Assembly (NCBI GenBank): GCA_964556365.1 | Contig: CAZKVT010000004.1 | Location: forward strand, 13,842-77,841 | Source of the DNA: an uncultured bacterium | Lineage (GTDB): Bacteria; Hydrothermota; UBA3072 | Reading direction: 5' to 3' | DNA length: 64,000 bases | In this document: positions 1 to 11,519 of the stretch, in pieces | How positions within the stretch are numbered: the stretch's first letter is position 1 | Layout of the letters: every line of letters starts with the position of its first letter | The notes under the pieces: generated by a model | What the model saw: the letters and a program-made list of their open reading frames with translations, nothing else | What the model was told of the DNA's origin: nothing | Databases searched by the model: none | Translations under genes and position numbers: made by a program

Positions 1-162
1 TGTTTGGATTTAGGACCTTTTCTTCGCGATGAGATAATTTTATCGATTGCTTTGAAACCTCTTTGCAGCGAAGAATGTAAGGGACTTTGTTCCGTTTGCG
101 GTGCGAATTTAAATGAATCCGCCTGTGAACATGTTAAATTAAAGGAAGAAAGTCTTACTTAA
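1..162 (+). CDS. C-terminal part of a YceD/DUF177-family protein (the 23S rRNA accumulation protein usually found upstream of rpmF). The N-terminus lies outside the window.
   Basis: Frame 1 is open from the window edge to a TAA at 160-162. The translation ends CSEECKGLCSVCGANLNESACEH, the CxxC...CxxC tail typical of DUF177. It sits immediately upstream of rpmF, the usual position. Confidence 0.6.
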   Translation, partial: CLDLGPFLRDEIILSIALKPLCSEECKGLCSVCGANLNESACEHVKLKEESLT

Positions 163-194
163 TTAAACTCGAAGAAAAAAAATCGGAGGATTTT

Positions 195-380
195 ATGCCA
201 GTTCCAAAAAGAAGATCTTCAAGTACTCGCGGAAAAAAAAGAAGGACTCATTGGAAAGTTAAAGAAAATGATTTGATTGAGTGTTCTCACTGTCATTCTT
301 TAACCGGACCTCACAGAGTCTGCCCACACTGCGGATATTATAAAGGTCGTTTGGTCGTTAAGGGTCTTGAAGAAGATTGA
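195..380 (+). CDS. rpmF: 50S ribosomal protein L32
   Basis: 61 aa; MPVPKRRSSSTRGKKRRTHWK start and a CSHCHS...CPHCG zinc-ribbon; GGAGG RBS upstream. Confidence 0.9.
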   Translation: MPVPKRRSSSTRGKKRRTHWKVKENDLIECSHCHSLTGPHRVCPHCGYYKGRLVVKGLEED

Positions 381-1354
381 TGAGAGTTGCGATTGATGTT
401 ATGGGGGGTGATTATGCTCCCCGTAAGATTATTGATGGCACAAAACTTGCCTATAATGAGTTAAAAAATTTAATTGAAATTAATCTTGTAGGAAATAAAG
501 AGATAATTGAAAAATTCAATATTCCGGATGAATTTTCGGTCATTGATGCCTCTCAGGTGATAAATGCGGGTGATCCCCCAATGGAAGCATATAGAAAAAA
601 GAAAGACTCTTCTCTCGCGAGAGCGGTAAATCTACAGAAAAACAAAGAAGTTGATGTAACTGTTTCAGCTGGAAATACAGGAGCTGCTGTTGCTTTTTCG
701 ATACTTTCTTTAGGACGATTAAAGGGTGTAGATAGGCCCGCTCTGGCTACTTTTTTCCCCACAAAGAAAGGAAAAGTTCTCGTGCTTGATGTTGGAGCAA
801 ATTCCGGAGTTAAACCTATAAATCTAAGGGATTTCGGAGTTATGGGGTCTCTTTATCTTGAAAAAGTTTTTAATTTAAATAACCCATCAGTAGGTTTACT
901 CTCGATGGGAAAAGAAGATACAAAAGGCGGAAAAAGTGTCCAGGAAGCTCATAACATGCTTTCAGAAGCAAATATAAATTTTGTGGGTAACGTGGAAGGG
1001 TATGATATCTTAGACGGGAACGCAGACGTTGTAGTTTGTGACGGGTTTGTAGGAAATGCAGTTTTGAAATTCGGGGAATCGCTTGTTGATTTTTTGCTCT
1101 CAGAGATAAAAACAGGAACTTCGAAGAATTTAATTGCTGCTATCGGAGGAACTTTAATGAAACCTGTATTTAAGGATTTGATGAAAAAGGTCGATTATGA
1201 GGAATATGGAGGAGCCATTTTGTTGGGAATTGATGGCATAACAGTAATTTGTCACGGCAAATCCAATGAGATAGCCATTAAAAACGCGATCCTTAAAGGG
1301 TATAAATTTTACGATTTAAAAATTAATTCTTTAATACAAGAGAGTTTAACTTAA
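380..1354 (+). CDS. plsX: Phosphate acyltransferase PlsX
   Basis: MRVAIDVMGGDYAP N-terminus and full-length PlsX similarity. The ATG at 380 overlaps the rpmF stop (TGATG); the ORF track starts 3 nt earlier at a TTG. Confidence 0.88.
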   Translation: MRVAIDVMGGDYAPRKIIDGTKLAYNELKNLIEINLVGNKEIIEKFNIPDEFSVIDASQVINAGDPPMEAYRKKKDSSLARAVNLQKNKEVDVTVSAGNTGAAVAFSILSLGRLKGVDRPALATFFPTKKGKVLVLDVGANSGVKPINLRDFGVMGSLYLEKVFNLNNPSVGLLSMGKEDTKGGKSVQEAHNMLSEANINFVGNVEGYDILDGNADVVVCDGFVGNAVLKFGESLVDFLLSEIKTGTSKNLIAAIGGTLMKPVFKDLMKKVDYEEYGGAILLGIDGITVICHGKSNEIAIKNAILKGYKFYDLKINSLIQESLT

Positions 1355-2257
1355 ATGAAGACGGCGCTTCTTTTTCCCGGTCAGGGGATACAGAGAGTAG
1401 GTATGGGAAAGGATTTGTACGAAGAATTTCCGCTCGCGAAAAAGTATTATGACGAAGCGGATAGACTGCTTGGTTTTCCTATCAAAGAAATTTTCTTTAA
1501 TGGTCCCGAGGAAGTGTTGGCGGCGTCGGAAAATGCTCAAGTCGCAATATTATTAAGCTCTTACGTTATTTTCAATATAATAAAAGACAAACTTGAATTT
1601 TCCTGTGTTGCCGGACATAGTCTTGGGGAGTATACTGCACATCTTGTAGCTGGGACGTTCGACTTTGCTGATGCCTTGCATCTGGTTCGTTTTAGAGGGG
1701 AACTTATGAGTACGGCAAGGAAAGGTACGATGAGTGCGATTATAGGACTCTCTGCTGAAAAAGTTTTAGAAGTAGTGGACTCTACACCGGGTGTAGTTAA
1801 TGCCGCTAATTTTAATACCCCGGAACAGACAGTTATTACGGGAGAAGTTGAAGCAGTTAAAGAAGCGGGTAAAAGGTTAAAAAAGGAGGGGGCAAGGGTT
1901 ATTCCTCTTGCAGTTTCTGGAGCTTTTCATTCTCCGCTTATGCGGGAAGTTACGCTTCCTTTGAAGAAAGTCCTTTCTAAGACTGAAATAAAAAAGCCTC
2001 GAGTACCTGTTTATTCTAATGTTACCGGTGAGCGAGTTACCGAAGTTGATGAAATATTAGAGACTCTGGGCTTACAGGTAGAAAAACCCGTTTGTTGGGT
2101 TAAGTCTCTTCGAAACATTAAAAGAGATGGTGTACAGCGGTTTATTGAGATTGGATATAGGAGTGTTCTAATAAAAATGGTGAAAAAGACACTTGACAAA
2201 GTCGAAACAATGAGTATTTCTTATCCAAAAGATTTAAAGGGGATTCTTGATGAGTGA
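1355..2257 (+). CDS. fabD: Malonyl CoA-ACP transacylase
   Basis: GHSLGEYTA active-site motif; 300 aa; directly abuts the plsX stop. Confidence 0.9.
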   Translation: MKTALLFPGQGIQRVGMGKDLYEEFPLAKKYYDEADRLLGFPIKEIFFNGPEEVLAASENAQVAILLSSYVIFNIIKDKLEFSCVAGHSLGEYTAHLVAGTFDFADALHLVRFRGELMSTARKGTMSAIIGLSAEKVLEVVDSTPGVVNAANFNTPEQTVITGEVEAVKEAGKRLKKEGARVIPLAVSGAFHSPLMREVTLPLKKVLSKTEIKKPRVPVYSNVTGERVTEVDEILETLGLQVEKPVCWVKSLRNIKRDGVQRFIEIGYRSVLIKMVKKTLDKVETMSISYPKDLKGILDE

Positions 2258-2978
2258 CAAATTGGCTTTAATTACCGGAGGGGGAGCGGGTATCGGAAAG
2301 GGAATAACTTTAAAACTCGCCTCGAGCGGTATTGATTGTGTAATTTTTGATGTTCAGGATGCATCGGCCGTCGCGGGGGAAGCTGAAGGTTTAGGTGTTA
2401 AGGCTTCTTTCGTAAATGTTGATGTGACAGATTACCAGGCTGTGAAGTCCGCAGTTTCGGAGGTGAATGATTCTCTGGGGGATATTAACATTCTTATCAA
2501 TAACGCGGGTATAACTCGGGATAATTTACTTATGAAGATGACAGAAGATGATTGGGATAAAGTTATACAGATAAATTTAAAGGGTGTTTTTAATTGTACT
2601 AAGGCGGTTATTCGTAAAATGATGAGTTGTCGTTGGGGAAGAATCGTTTCTATTTCTTCGGTTGTGGGAATTATGGGCAATGCCGGACAGTCAAATTATG
2701 CTGCTTCGAAGGCAGGAATAATTGGTTTTACAAAATCGATGGCAAGAGAAGTCGGCTCGAGAAACATTACCGCCAATGCTATTGCCCCTGGTTTTATAAG
2801 GACTGAAATGACGGATAAGCTCCCAGAAATGGTTAAAAAGGATTATTTATCAAGAATACCTCTCGGTAAATTCGGAGAGGTTGAAGATGTATGTAACCTG
2901 GTTAAGTTTCTTATTTCTGATGAAGCTTCTTATATCAGCGGACAGGTGATCCAGGTTGACGGAGGACTTCTAACTTAA
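2250..2978 (+). CDS. fabG: 3-oxoacyl-ACP reductase (SDR family)
   Basis: TGGGAGIGK Rossmann motif and the NAG...YAASKAG SDR catalytic pattern; overlaps the fabD stop. Confidence 0.85.
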   Translation: MSDKLALITGGGAGIGKGITLKLASSGIDCVIFDVQDASAVAGEAEGLGVKASFVNVDVTDYQAVKSAVSEVNDSLGDINILINNAGITRDNLLMKMTEDDWDKVIQINLKGVFNCTKAVIRKMMSCRWGRIVSISSVVGIMGNAGQSNYAASKAGIIGFTKSMAREVGSRNITANAIAPGFIRTEMTDKLPEMVKKDYLSRIPLGKFGEVEDVCNLVKFLISDEASYISGQVIQVDGGLLT

Positions 2979-3008
2979 AACTTAGAAAAATTAGGAGGAG
3001 GTTTTTGT

Positions 3009-3245
3009 ATGGCTTTAATGGATATGGTAAAAAAAATAATTGTTGAGCAGCTTGGTGTTGACGAGGCTGAAGTAACAGAAAGTGCGCATTTTATAGATGA
3101 CCTTGGCGCTGATTCACTCGATACTGTAGAATTGATTCTTTCTTTCGAAGAAGAATTTGATATAAGTATTCCGGACGAAGACGCTGAAAAGTTGGAGACG
3201 GTCGGTAAGGTAGTTGAATACTTAAAGGCTAATGTAAAAGAATAA
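3009..3245 (+). CDS. acpP: Acyl carrier protein
   Basis: 78 aa with the [13 protein letters not shown] phosphopantetheine-attachment motif; AGGAGG RBS. Confidence 0.92.
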   Translation: MALMDMVKKIIVEQLGVDEAEVTESAHFIDDLGADSLDTVELILSFEEEFDISIPDEDAEKLETVGKVVEYLKANVKE

Positions 3246-4490
3246 ATGCATCGAGTAGTTATAACGGGGGTAGGAGTCCTTACCCCAGTAGGGATAGGAG
3301 TCCGGGAATTCTGGAAAGCCCTTAAAGATGGAAAGAATGGGATCTCTAAAATTACGAGATTCGACCCCTCCGAATTTAAAAGTCAGATTGCGGGAGAGGT
3401 TAAGGATTTTGATCCTTCCAAAAGATTAGATGCTAAAGATACCAAAAGATATGATTTATTTACTCTATACGCTCTTTATACCACTGTCGAGGCGATCGAG
3501 GATAGTGGCCTGGATCTCGAGGATTTGGATAAAAACAGGGTAGGAGTAATTTACGCGTCGGGTATTGGCGGGGAAAACACCTGGGAAAATGAGATGAATA
3601 AGATGATAGAGAAAGGCCCGCGTAGAGTAAGTCCTTTCTTTATTCCTGCTTTGATAATAAATATGGCGGCGGGTAAAATCGCGATGAAATTTGGCTTTAA
3701 AGGAGTTAATTACGGAGTTGTTTCCGCCTGTGCTTCTTCCGGGCATGCGATAGGAGAGGCTTTCCGTAAGGTTCGTTCGGGAGAAATGGATATAATGGTT
3801 GCAGGAGGGAGTGAGGCTCCTTTGGGACCGCTTGCTCTGGCGGGTTTCTGCGCGGCTAGGAGTTTGTCGACGAGGAATGATGAACCTGAGAAAGCTTCGA
3901 GACCGTTCGAAAAGAATAGAGACGGTTTTGTTATGTCTGAAGGTTCGGGTACTCTTATTCTTGAGAATTTAGAAAGTGCTAAAAAGAGAGGGGCTACTAT
4001 ATACGGTGAAATAGTAGGATATGGAGCTTCAAATGACGCTTTTCATATTACCGCACCGAATGAAACAGGAGAGCCTCAGTCGATGGCGATGAAAAAGGCC
4101 ATGGAAGACGGAAATATAAAAGAAGAAGAAGTCGACTATATAAACGCCCACGGTACCGCTACGATATTGAATGATAAGGTAGAGACCAAGGTCATAAAGA
4201 AGGTTTTTGGAGAACGTGCTTATGAAATAAGTATTTCTTCAAGTAAATCTATGACAGGTCATCTTCTGGGCGCGACTTCGGCGGTAGAAGCTATTGCTTC
4301 TATTTTAAGTCTTCGAGAAGGAATTGTTACTCCAACTATTAATTACGAAATGCCTGACGAAGAGTGCGACCTTAATTATACCCCGAATAAGGCTGTTGAA
4401 AAAAGTATAAATGTTGCGCTTTCCAATTCATTCGGTTTTGGCGGGCATAATGTTACTCTTGCTTTTAAAAAATATGAGGAGTCTAAGTGA
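3246..4490 (+). CDS. fabF: 3-oxoacyl-ACP synthase II
   Basis: 414 aa; an active-site Cys in VSACASSGHAIG; the HGTAT and GHLLGATS His motifs; ends NSFGFGGHNVTL. Confidence 0.9.
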   Translation: MHRVVITGVGVLTPVGIGVREFWKALKDGKNGISKITRFDPSEFKSQIAGEVKDFDPSKRLDAKDTKRYDLFTLYALYTTVEAIEDSGLDLEDLDKNRVGVIYASGIGGENTWENEMNKMIEKGPRRVSPFFIPALIINMAAGKIAMKFGFKGVNYGVVSACASSGHAIGEAFRKVRSGEMDIMVAGGSEAPLGPLALAGFCAARSLSTRNDEPEKASRPFEKNRDGFVMSEGSGTLILENLESAKKRGATIYGEIVGYGASNDAFHITAPNETGEPQSMAMKKAMEDGNIKEEEVDYINAHGTATILNDKVETKVIKKVFGERAYEISISSSKSMTGHLLGATSAVEAIASILSLREGIVTPTINYEMPDEECDLNYTPNKAVEKSINVALSNSFGFGGHNVTLAFKKYEESK

Positions 4491-5275
4491 AGGTAATAGT
4501 TTGCATAAAACAAGTTCCTGATCCCGAACACGCTAAGATGGATGAAAAGTCCGGGACAGTCGTTCGGGAAGGTGTGGAACTTATGATTAACCCTTTTGAC
4601 CTTTATGCTGTGGAAGAGGGATTGCGATTAAAAGAGAAAATGGATGGGGAAGTTGTTGTTGTTTCTATGGGCCCTCCGCAGGCTGAAAAAGCTTTAAGAG
4701 AAGTTATCGGTATGGGTGTAGATCAGGGTATCTTGTTGACTTCCCGGGAATTTGCCGGAGCTGATACGTGGGCAACCTCCTATACTCTTGCTAAAGCATG
4801 TGAGAAAATAGGAAATTATGGGCTGATTATTTGTGGAAAACAGGCCATAGATGGTGATACAGCTCAGGTTGGTCCGGGTATAGCAGCTCAGCTTTCTATA
4901 CCTCAGATTACTTTTGTTAGAAAAATAGATGAAATTTCAGAAAAAAATATTAAAGCAGAGAGGATGGTTGAAGGTGGCTATGAAGTTATTTCTTCTCCTT
5001 TACCTCTTTTGATTACGGTAGTAAAAGAGATAAATGAGCCCAGACTTCCAACTTTAAAAGGCAGGCTGAACGCAAAGAAAGCCGAGATAGCACACTGGGG
5101 TCCCGAGGATATAGGCGCGGATAAAGATAAGATCGGGATGAATGGATCCCCTACAATGGTTGATGAGATTTATACGCCGGATCTATCGAAAGACGGTAAA
5201 ATTTATACAATCGATCAATTAGGCGAAGCGGCGGAAGAGATTGTAAAGAAACAAAAAGAAATGGGGCTTATTTAA
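4487..5275 (+). CDS. etfB: Electron transfer flavoprotein beta subunit
   Basis: MKVIVCIKQVPD N-terminus typical of EtfB; GTG start with a GAGGAG RBS; overlaps the fabF stop. Confidence 0.8.
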   Translation: MKVIVCIKQVPDPEHAKMDEKSGTVVREGVELMINPFDLYAVEEGLRLKEKMDGEVVVVSMGPPQAEKALREVIGMGVDQGILLTSREFAGADTWATSYTLAKACEKIGNYGLIICGKQAIDGDTAQVGPGIAAQLSIPQITFVRKIDEISEKNIKAERMVEGGYEVISSPLPLLITVVKEINEPRLPTLKGRLNAKKAEIAHWGPEDIGADKDKIGMNGSPTMVDEIYTPDLSKDGKIYTIDQLGEAAEEIVKKQKEMGLI

Positions 5276-6504
5276 TGGGTATTCGAGTAATTAAAGACAA
5301 ATGTACCGGATGCGGCATCTGTTTTAAAATATGTCAGTATAGTGCAATTGATATAACGAAAGAGGTGCATACACTTGCTAATGGTAAAAAAGCTAAAAAA
5401 CTTGCGATTATCGATCTCGAAAAATGCACTCTTTGCGGAGAATGTGTTAAACCATGTCCCACAGATGCTATAGAGTTAAAAACTAAAACTCACGAATTTG
5501 AAGGTAAAGAAAATTATAAAAATGTGATGGTGTTTGCCGAACAGCGTAGAGATGAGCTTGAAGGAGCCGCGTTCGAACTTATCGGAAAAGGTAGAGAATT
5601 GGCTGATAAACTCGGGGTAGACCTCTATGCTCTTCTTTTAGGTAAAGACCTGAAAGGTAAGCCGGAAAAACTGATTGCATCAGGCGCAGATAAGGTAATT
5701 GTTATAAGTGATGATTCTTTAGTTAATTTTTTACCGGAGCCATATACAAATATTTTAATAGATATAATTAAAAAATATAAACCTTCTATTTTCCTGGCGC
5801 CTTCTACAACACAGGGAAGAGCGCTCCTTTCAAGAGCAGCAGGTAAAATTTACACCGGGCTTACAGCCGATTGTACCGGTTTGGATGTCGATTCTGAGGG
5901 TAATTTACTGCAAACCAGACCCGCTTTCGGAGGTTCTATTAAGGCAAGAATTCTTACCCCTAATATGCGACCTCAGATGGCAACGGTGCGTCCCAAAGTA
6001 TTTAAACCTCTGGAGGAAGATACTAGTAGAAAGGGAGAGATTATAGAAGAAAAAGTGTCGGGAGAGTTATTGAAAAGCACTACTAAATTCGAGGAATGGA
6101 TTGAAGATACGACTTCGGCAATTTCAATAGAAGATGCTGATATAATCATTTCCGGGGGAAGAGGATTGGGATGCAGTGATAATTTTAAAATTTTATTTGA
6201 ATTGGCTGAGGTTTTGGGGGGTGCTGTAGGGGCCTCGCGACCTACGGTCGATGAAGGATGGATTCCGTATTCTCATCAGGTTGGGCAGACAGGTAAAACG
6301 GTGGGTCCTAAATTATATATAGCTGTTGGAATAAGTGGTGCTATTCAGCACCTGGAGGGTATGAGGAGTTCCGATTTTATTGTTGCTATAAATAAGGATC
6401 CTGATGCTCCTATATTCAAAGTCGCGGATGTTGGGATCATAGGAGATCTTTTTGAGGTAATTCCCGAATTAAAAGAAAAACTAAAAAGAGCTATAAATGG
6501 CTGA
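5275..6504 (+). CDS. etfA: Electron transfer flavoprotein alpha subunit with an N-terminal 2x[4Fe-4S] ferredoxin domain
   Basis: Two CxxCxxCxxxC(P) motifs in the first 65 aa, then an EtfA/FixB-like FAD-binding domain ([26 protein letters not shown]). Confidence 0.8.
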   Translation: MGIRVIKDKCTGCGICFKICQYSAIDITKEVHTLANGKKAKKLAIIDLEKCTLCGECVKPCPTDAIELKTKTHEFEGKENYKNVMVFAEQRRDELEGAAFELIGKGRELADKLGVDLYALLLGKDLKGKPEKLIASGADKVIVISDDSLVNFLPEPYTNILIDIIKKYKPSIFLAPSTTQGRALLSRAAGKIYTGLTADCTGLDVDSEGNLLQTRPAFGGSIKARILTPNMRPQMATVRPKVFKPLEEDTSRKGEIIEEKVSGELLKSTTKFEEWIEDTTSAISIEDADIIISGGRGLGCSDNFKILFELAEVLGGAVGASRPTVDEGWIPYSHQVGQTGKTVGPKLYIAVGISGAIQHLEGMRSSDFIVAINKDPDAPIFKVADVGIIGDLFEVIPELKEKLKRAING

Positions 6505-8917
6505 GAAAATAAGAAGCAGTTCTATCGTTGAAGAGTTGGAGAAGGCTTATTTAGATTACTCTATGAGTGTAATCGTTGGAAGGGCTCTTCCTGATGTTCG
6601 TGATGGACTGAAACCCGTTCATCAAAGAGTTCTTTATGCTATGAGCAAAATCGGTTTAACTTCGAGTTCTTCATTTAAAAAATCCGCTACCGTTGTAGGT
6701 GAAGTTCTCGGCAAATATCATCCTCATGGCGATATGGCTGTTTATGATACGATTGTCCGCATGGCACAGGATTTCTCCCTGCGTTATCCTCTGGTCGATG
6801 GGCAGGGCAATTTCGGTTCCATAGATGGTGATAACGCGGCTGCGTATCGATATACGGAAGTCCGGATGTCAAAAATCGCGGAGTTGATGCTCCGGGATAT
6901 CGATAAAAATACCGTCGATTTTATTCCAAATTTTGATGCTTCACTTATGGAGCCAACGGTTTTGCCTTCGGCGTTTCCCAATCTTCTTGTAAATGGTTCC
7001 AGCGGAATAGCCGTTGGAATGGCTACCAATATACCTCCTCATCAATTAGGAGAGGTGTGTGATGGGGTTATCGCCCTTATTGAAAATCCCGAGTTGGAAG
7101 TTAAAGATTTAATGGGATGGATTAAGGGTCCGGATTTTCCGACACGCGGTTTAATAGTAGGGGATAAAGGATTAAGAGAAGCTTATAATACTGGTTCGGG
7201 TAAAATCGAAGTGCGCGCTAAACTTCATTTCGAACCCGAAAGCCACGGCAGGGAAAAGATAATAATAACGGAAATACCTTATCAGATTAATAAAACTACT
7301 TTGCTTGAACAGATTGCTGATAGAGTTAATCAGGGCAAAATACCGGGTATTTCCGATATGCGTGACGAATCGGATCAGAGCGGGATAAGAGTGGTCCTTA
7401 CGTTAAAGAAAACTGCGGATTCAAACACTGTCTCTAGAAGGCTTTTGAAATATACCAGTTTAAGAAGGACTTTCGGAATAATGCTTCTTGCTATCGTGGA
7501 TGGAGTTCCCAAGATGCTGAATTTAAAAGAACTTCTTCAATTTTACATTAATCACAGAAGAGAAGTGGTTCGCAGGAAATGTGAGTATGAACTCGATAAA
7601 GCCGAAAAAAGAGCGCATATTCTCGAAGGGCTTCTAAAAGCGCTTGACCAGATTGATAAAATAATCGAAACTATTAAAAAATCAAAAAATAGAGAAGAAG
7701 CACAGGCAAACCTTATTAAAGTTTTCGAATTTAGCACAGAGCAGGCTGACGCGATACTTAATATGAGATTATCCAGGTTGACTTCTCTTGAAAGAAATAA
7801 GCTTGTTGATGAATACGAAGAAAAGATAAAAATTATTGAGAAGTTACAAAATATACTTTCTTCCGCGAAAAGATTGGACGCGGAGATTATTAAAGAACTT
7901 AAAGAAATAAAAGAAAAGTTTAATGATAAGAGAAGGACCGAAATATTCGGGGGACCGGCAGATGACCTTTTCGATTCCGATATTGATCTTGTTAAAGAAG
8001 AAGATGTCGTAATTACCATTACAAAAAAAGGTTATGTTAAGAGAATTCCTTTATATACATACAAACAGCAGGGACGGGGAGGCGTAGGTATAATAGGGGC
8101 TTCAATAGGCGATGCTGATTATGTTAGTTCTCTTCTTGTGGAATCAACTCATGATAAGATGCTGCTTTTTACCAATGTGGGGAAATGCTATCCGCTTAAC
8201 ATATATCAGATTCCTGAATCGAGCAGAACTTCCAGGGGTGTGTCTCTCGCGAGGATGTTAAATTTGGATAGACAAGAAATTCCTCAGGCTGTCATCACTT
8301 TGAGAGAGATGGAAGAGAACGATAATGTTGTTCTGGTTACAAAGAAGGGAATAATTAAGAAAGTGAAACTATTAGATTTCGCCAACGCTCATTCGGGCGG
8401 AATAATTGCTCAGAGGATGAAAGAGGGAGATGAATTATTCGCTGCCGAGAAGGTAGAAAAGGGTAATAGAATATTTCTCGCGGCGAGCCATGGACAGGTT
8501 ATTAAATTCGATGAGAGTATTTTAAGGCAGATAGGTAGAACTGCTCAGGGCGTAATTGGTATGAACATTCCAAACGGCGAGAGTATTATCTCATGTGTAA
8601 TGGGTGATGATAAAATAAAAGACCTTGTATTTGTATCGGATGATGGATACGGCAAAAGAGTCGATGCTTCGGAGTTCAGAGAAACCAATCGAGGTGGTAA
8701 AGGTGTTAGGGGAATGAAAATTACCAAGGGCAGAAGACTTCAGAGAATGGTTGGAGTAAGCGGAGAAGAAGAATTAATGGCGATTTCGGAAGCCGGTAAG
8801 ATTATAAGGCTTAATCCCGATGGTATCAGCAAGCAGCACCGTAATACCCGTGGAGTTAAAGTCGTATCGATAAAGGGAGAGGATAAGGTAACGGATATTG
8901 CGATAGTAACGGATTGA
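6497..8917 (+). CDS. gyrA: DNA gyrase subunit A
   Basis: 806 aa; the [22 protein letters not shown] region with active-site Tyr in AAMRYTE, and C-terminal beta-pinwheel repeats. Its start overlaps the etfA stop by 8 nt. Confidence 0.92.
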   Translation: MAEKIRSSSIVEELEKAYLDYSMSVIVGRALPDVRDGLKPVHQRVLYAMSKIGLTSSSSFKKSATVVGEVLGKYHPHGDMAVYDTIVRMAQDFSLRYPLVDGQGNFGSIDGDNAAAYRYTEVRMSKIAELMLRDIDKNTVDFIPNFDASLMEPTVLPSAFPNLLVNGSSGIAVGMATNIPPHQLGEVCDGVIALIENPELEVKDLMGWIKGPDFPTRGLIVGDKGLREAYNTGSGKIEVRAKLHFEPESHGREKIIITEIPYQINKTTLLEQIADRVNQGKIPGISDMRDESDQSGIRVVLTLKKTADSNTVSRRLLKYTSLRRTFGIMLLAIVDGVPKMLNLKELLQFYINHRREVVRRKCEYELDKAEKRAHILEGLLKALDQIDKIIETIKKSKNREEAQANLIKVFEFSTEQADAILNMRLSRLTSLERNKLVDEYEEKIKIIEKLQNILSSAKRLDAEIIKELKEIKEKFNDKRRTEIFGGPADDLFDSDIDLVKEEDVVITITKKGYVKRIPLYTYKQQGRGGVGIIGASIGDADYVSSLLVESTHDKMLLFTNVGKCYPLNIYQIPESSRTSRGVSLARMLNLDRQEIPQAVITLREMEENDNVVLVTKKGIIKKVKLLDFANAHSGGIIAQRMKEGDELFAAEKVEKGNRIFLAASHGQVIKFDESILRQIGRTAQGVIGMNIPNGESIISCVMGDDKIKDLVFVSDDGYGKRVDASEFRETNRGGKGVRGMKITKGRRLQRMVGVSGEEELMAISEAGKIIRLNPDGISKQHRNTRGVKVVSIKGEDKVTDIAIVTD

Positions 8918-9159
8918 TGGAACCCCTGAAGGTGGATTTCTATTCGGGAAGTAAGAGTGATGAGTATCCTAAAAAAATATACACTACTTCAGGAACGATA
9001 TCGGTTGATAAAATCATAGAAACTAAGTTGGAAGAAGATTTCGATTCTAAAAATAGGACGAAAATCTTTATTTTTCAAAGTCAAGGAAAAATTTTTTATC
9101 AACTTAATATAAAAGAGGACTTTTTTAAGTTAAAACAAATAGAAATAGAGGAGGAGTAA
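8917..9159 (+). CDS. Small hypothetical protein, 80 aa
   Basis: ORF wedged between gyrA and sat/cysC; overlaps the gyrA stop; no convincing RBS; unrecognised sequence. Confidence 0.3.
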   Translation: MEPLKVDFYSGSKSDEYPKKIYTTSGTISVDKIIETKLEEDFDSKNRTKIFIFQSQGKIFYQLNIKEDFFKLKQIEIEEE

Positions 9160-10890
<1,731 letters not shown>

Positions 10891-11183
10891 TAGAAACCAC
10901 AGATTATCACAAGATTTTTTGTTTGTTTTACACCCCCATCCAAAAAATTCACACGTAGAACATGTAGTGTTTATAGTTTTTTGTTCTAACCGACATCCTG
11001 GACCTGGTGTCTAAATTAGGCCACGGATTGACATGGATTTTTTATTTGTCTTTTACTACTTGTTGTTCTCTAATTCTTACTCACTATCCATCTTGACATT
11101 TATAATGTGATTTAGTAAAATAGATAAGATAAAATGAAGTAAAGGACGGAGTGATTTACACAGAAAAAAACAAGGAGGTAAGT

Positions 11184-11405
11184 ATGGTAAGATGTAGCAA
11201 GTGCGGAACAGATTATGAAGAAAGTCTGGCTCTTTATGCAAGCAATGAAGTAAGGGTTGCAAGTTGTCGCGCATGTCCGGTCGACAATATATACGCGGTT
11301 TGTGAGAAATGTGAAGACATTGATAAAATTGAATCGGATTCTTGTCCGGGATGTGGAGTCTGGAATATGTGGGAAATCCGTAAAATGGTTCCTGTGGAAC
11401 AATAA
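11184..11405 (+). CDS. Small Cys-rich zinc-ribbon protein, 73 aa
   Basis: Four CxxC pairs (CSKCG, CRAC, CEKC, CPGC). ATG at 11184 sits 7 nt after an AAGGAGG RBS; the ORF track starts earlier at a GTG at 11151. Confidence 0.5.
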   Translation: MVRCSKCGTDYEESLALYASNEVRVASCRACPVDNIYAVCEKCEDIDKIESDSCPGCGVWNMWEIRKMVPVEQ

Positions 11406-11519
11406 TTGCCGAGAAGATACTAAGATAATTAGCTGCGAATTTACTGATCCGAAGAATCCAATTGAATAATTGACAAATAAAAGAGTTCAAATTACTTTTC
11501 TTGTAAAAAGGGGTAAATA

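Noticed and set aside
553-762. Antisense ORFs inside confident genes (e.g. 553-762, 2432-2680, 3465-3746, 6687-7029, 7552-8019, 10203-10581, 26089-26412)
   Set aside because: Each is fully embedded opposite a well-supported housekeeping CDS (plsX, fabG, fabF, gyrA, sat/cysC, ftsK). The peptides are low-complexity and no RBS is present, so they are chance ORFs.
11094-11106. TTGACA followed by TATAAT at 11094-11106 as a promoter for the zinc-ribbon gene
   Set aside because: The hexamers are separated by only 1-2 bp and cannot function together as a -35/-10 pair.
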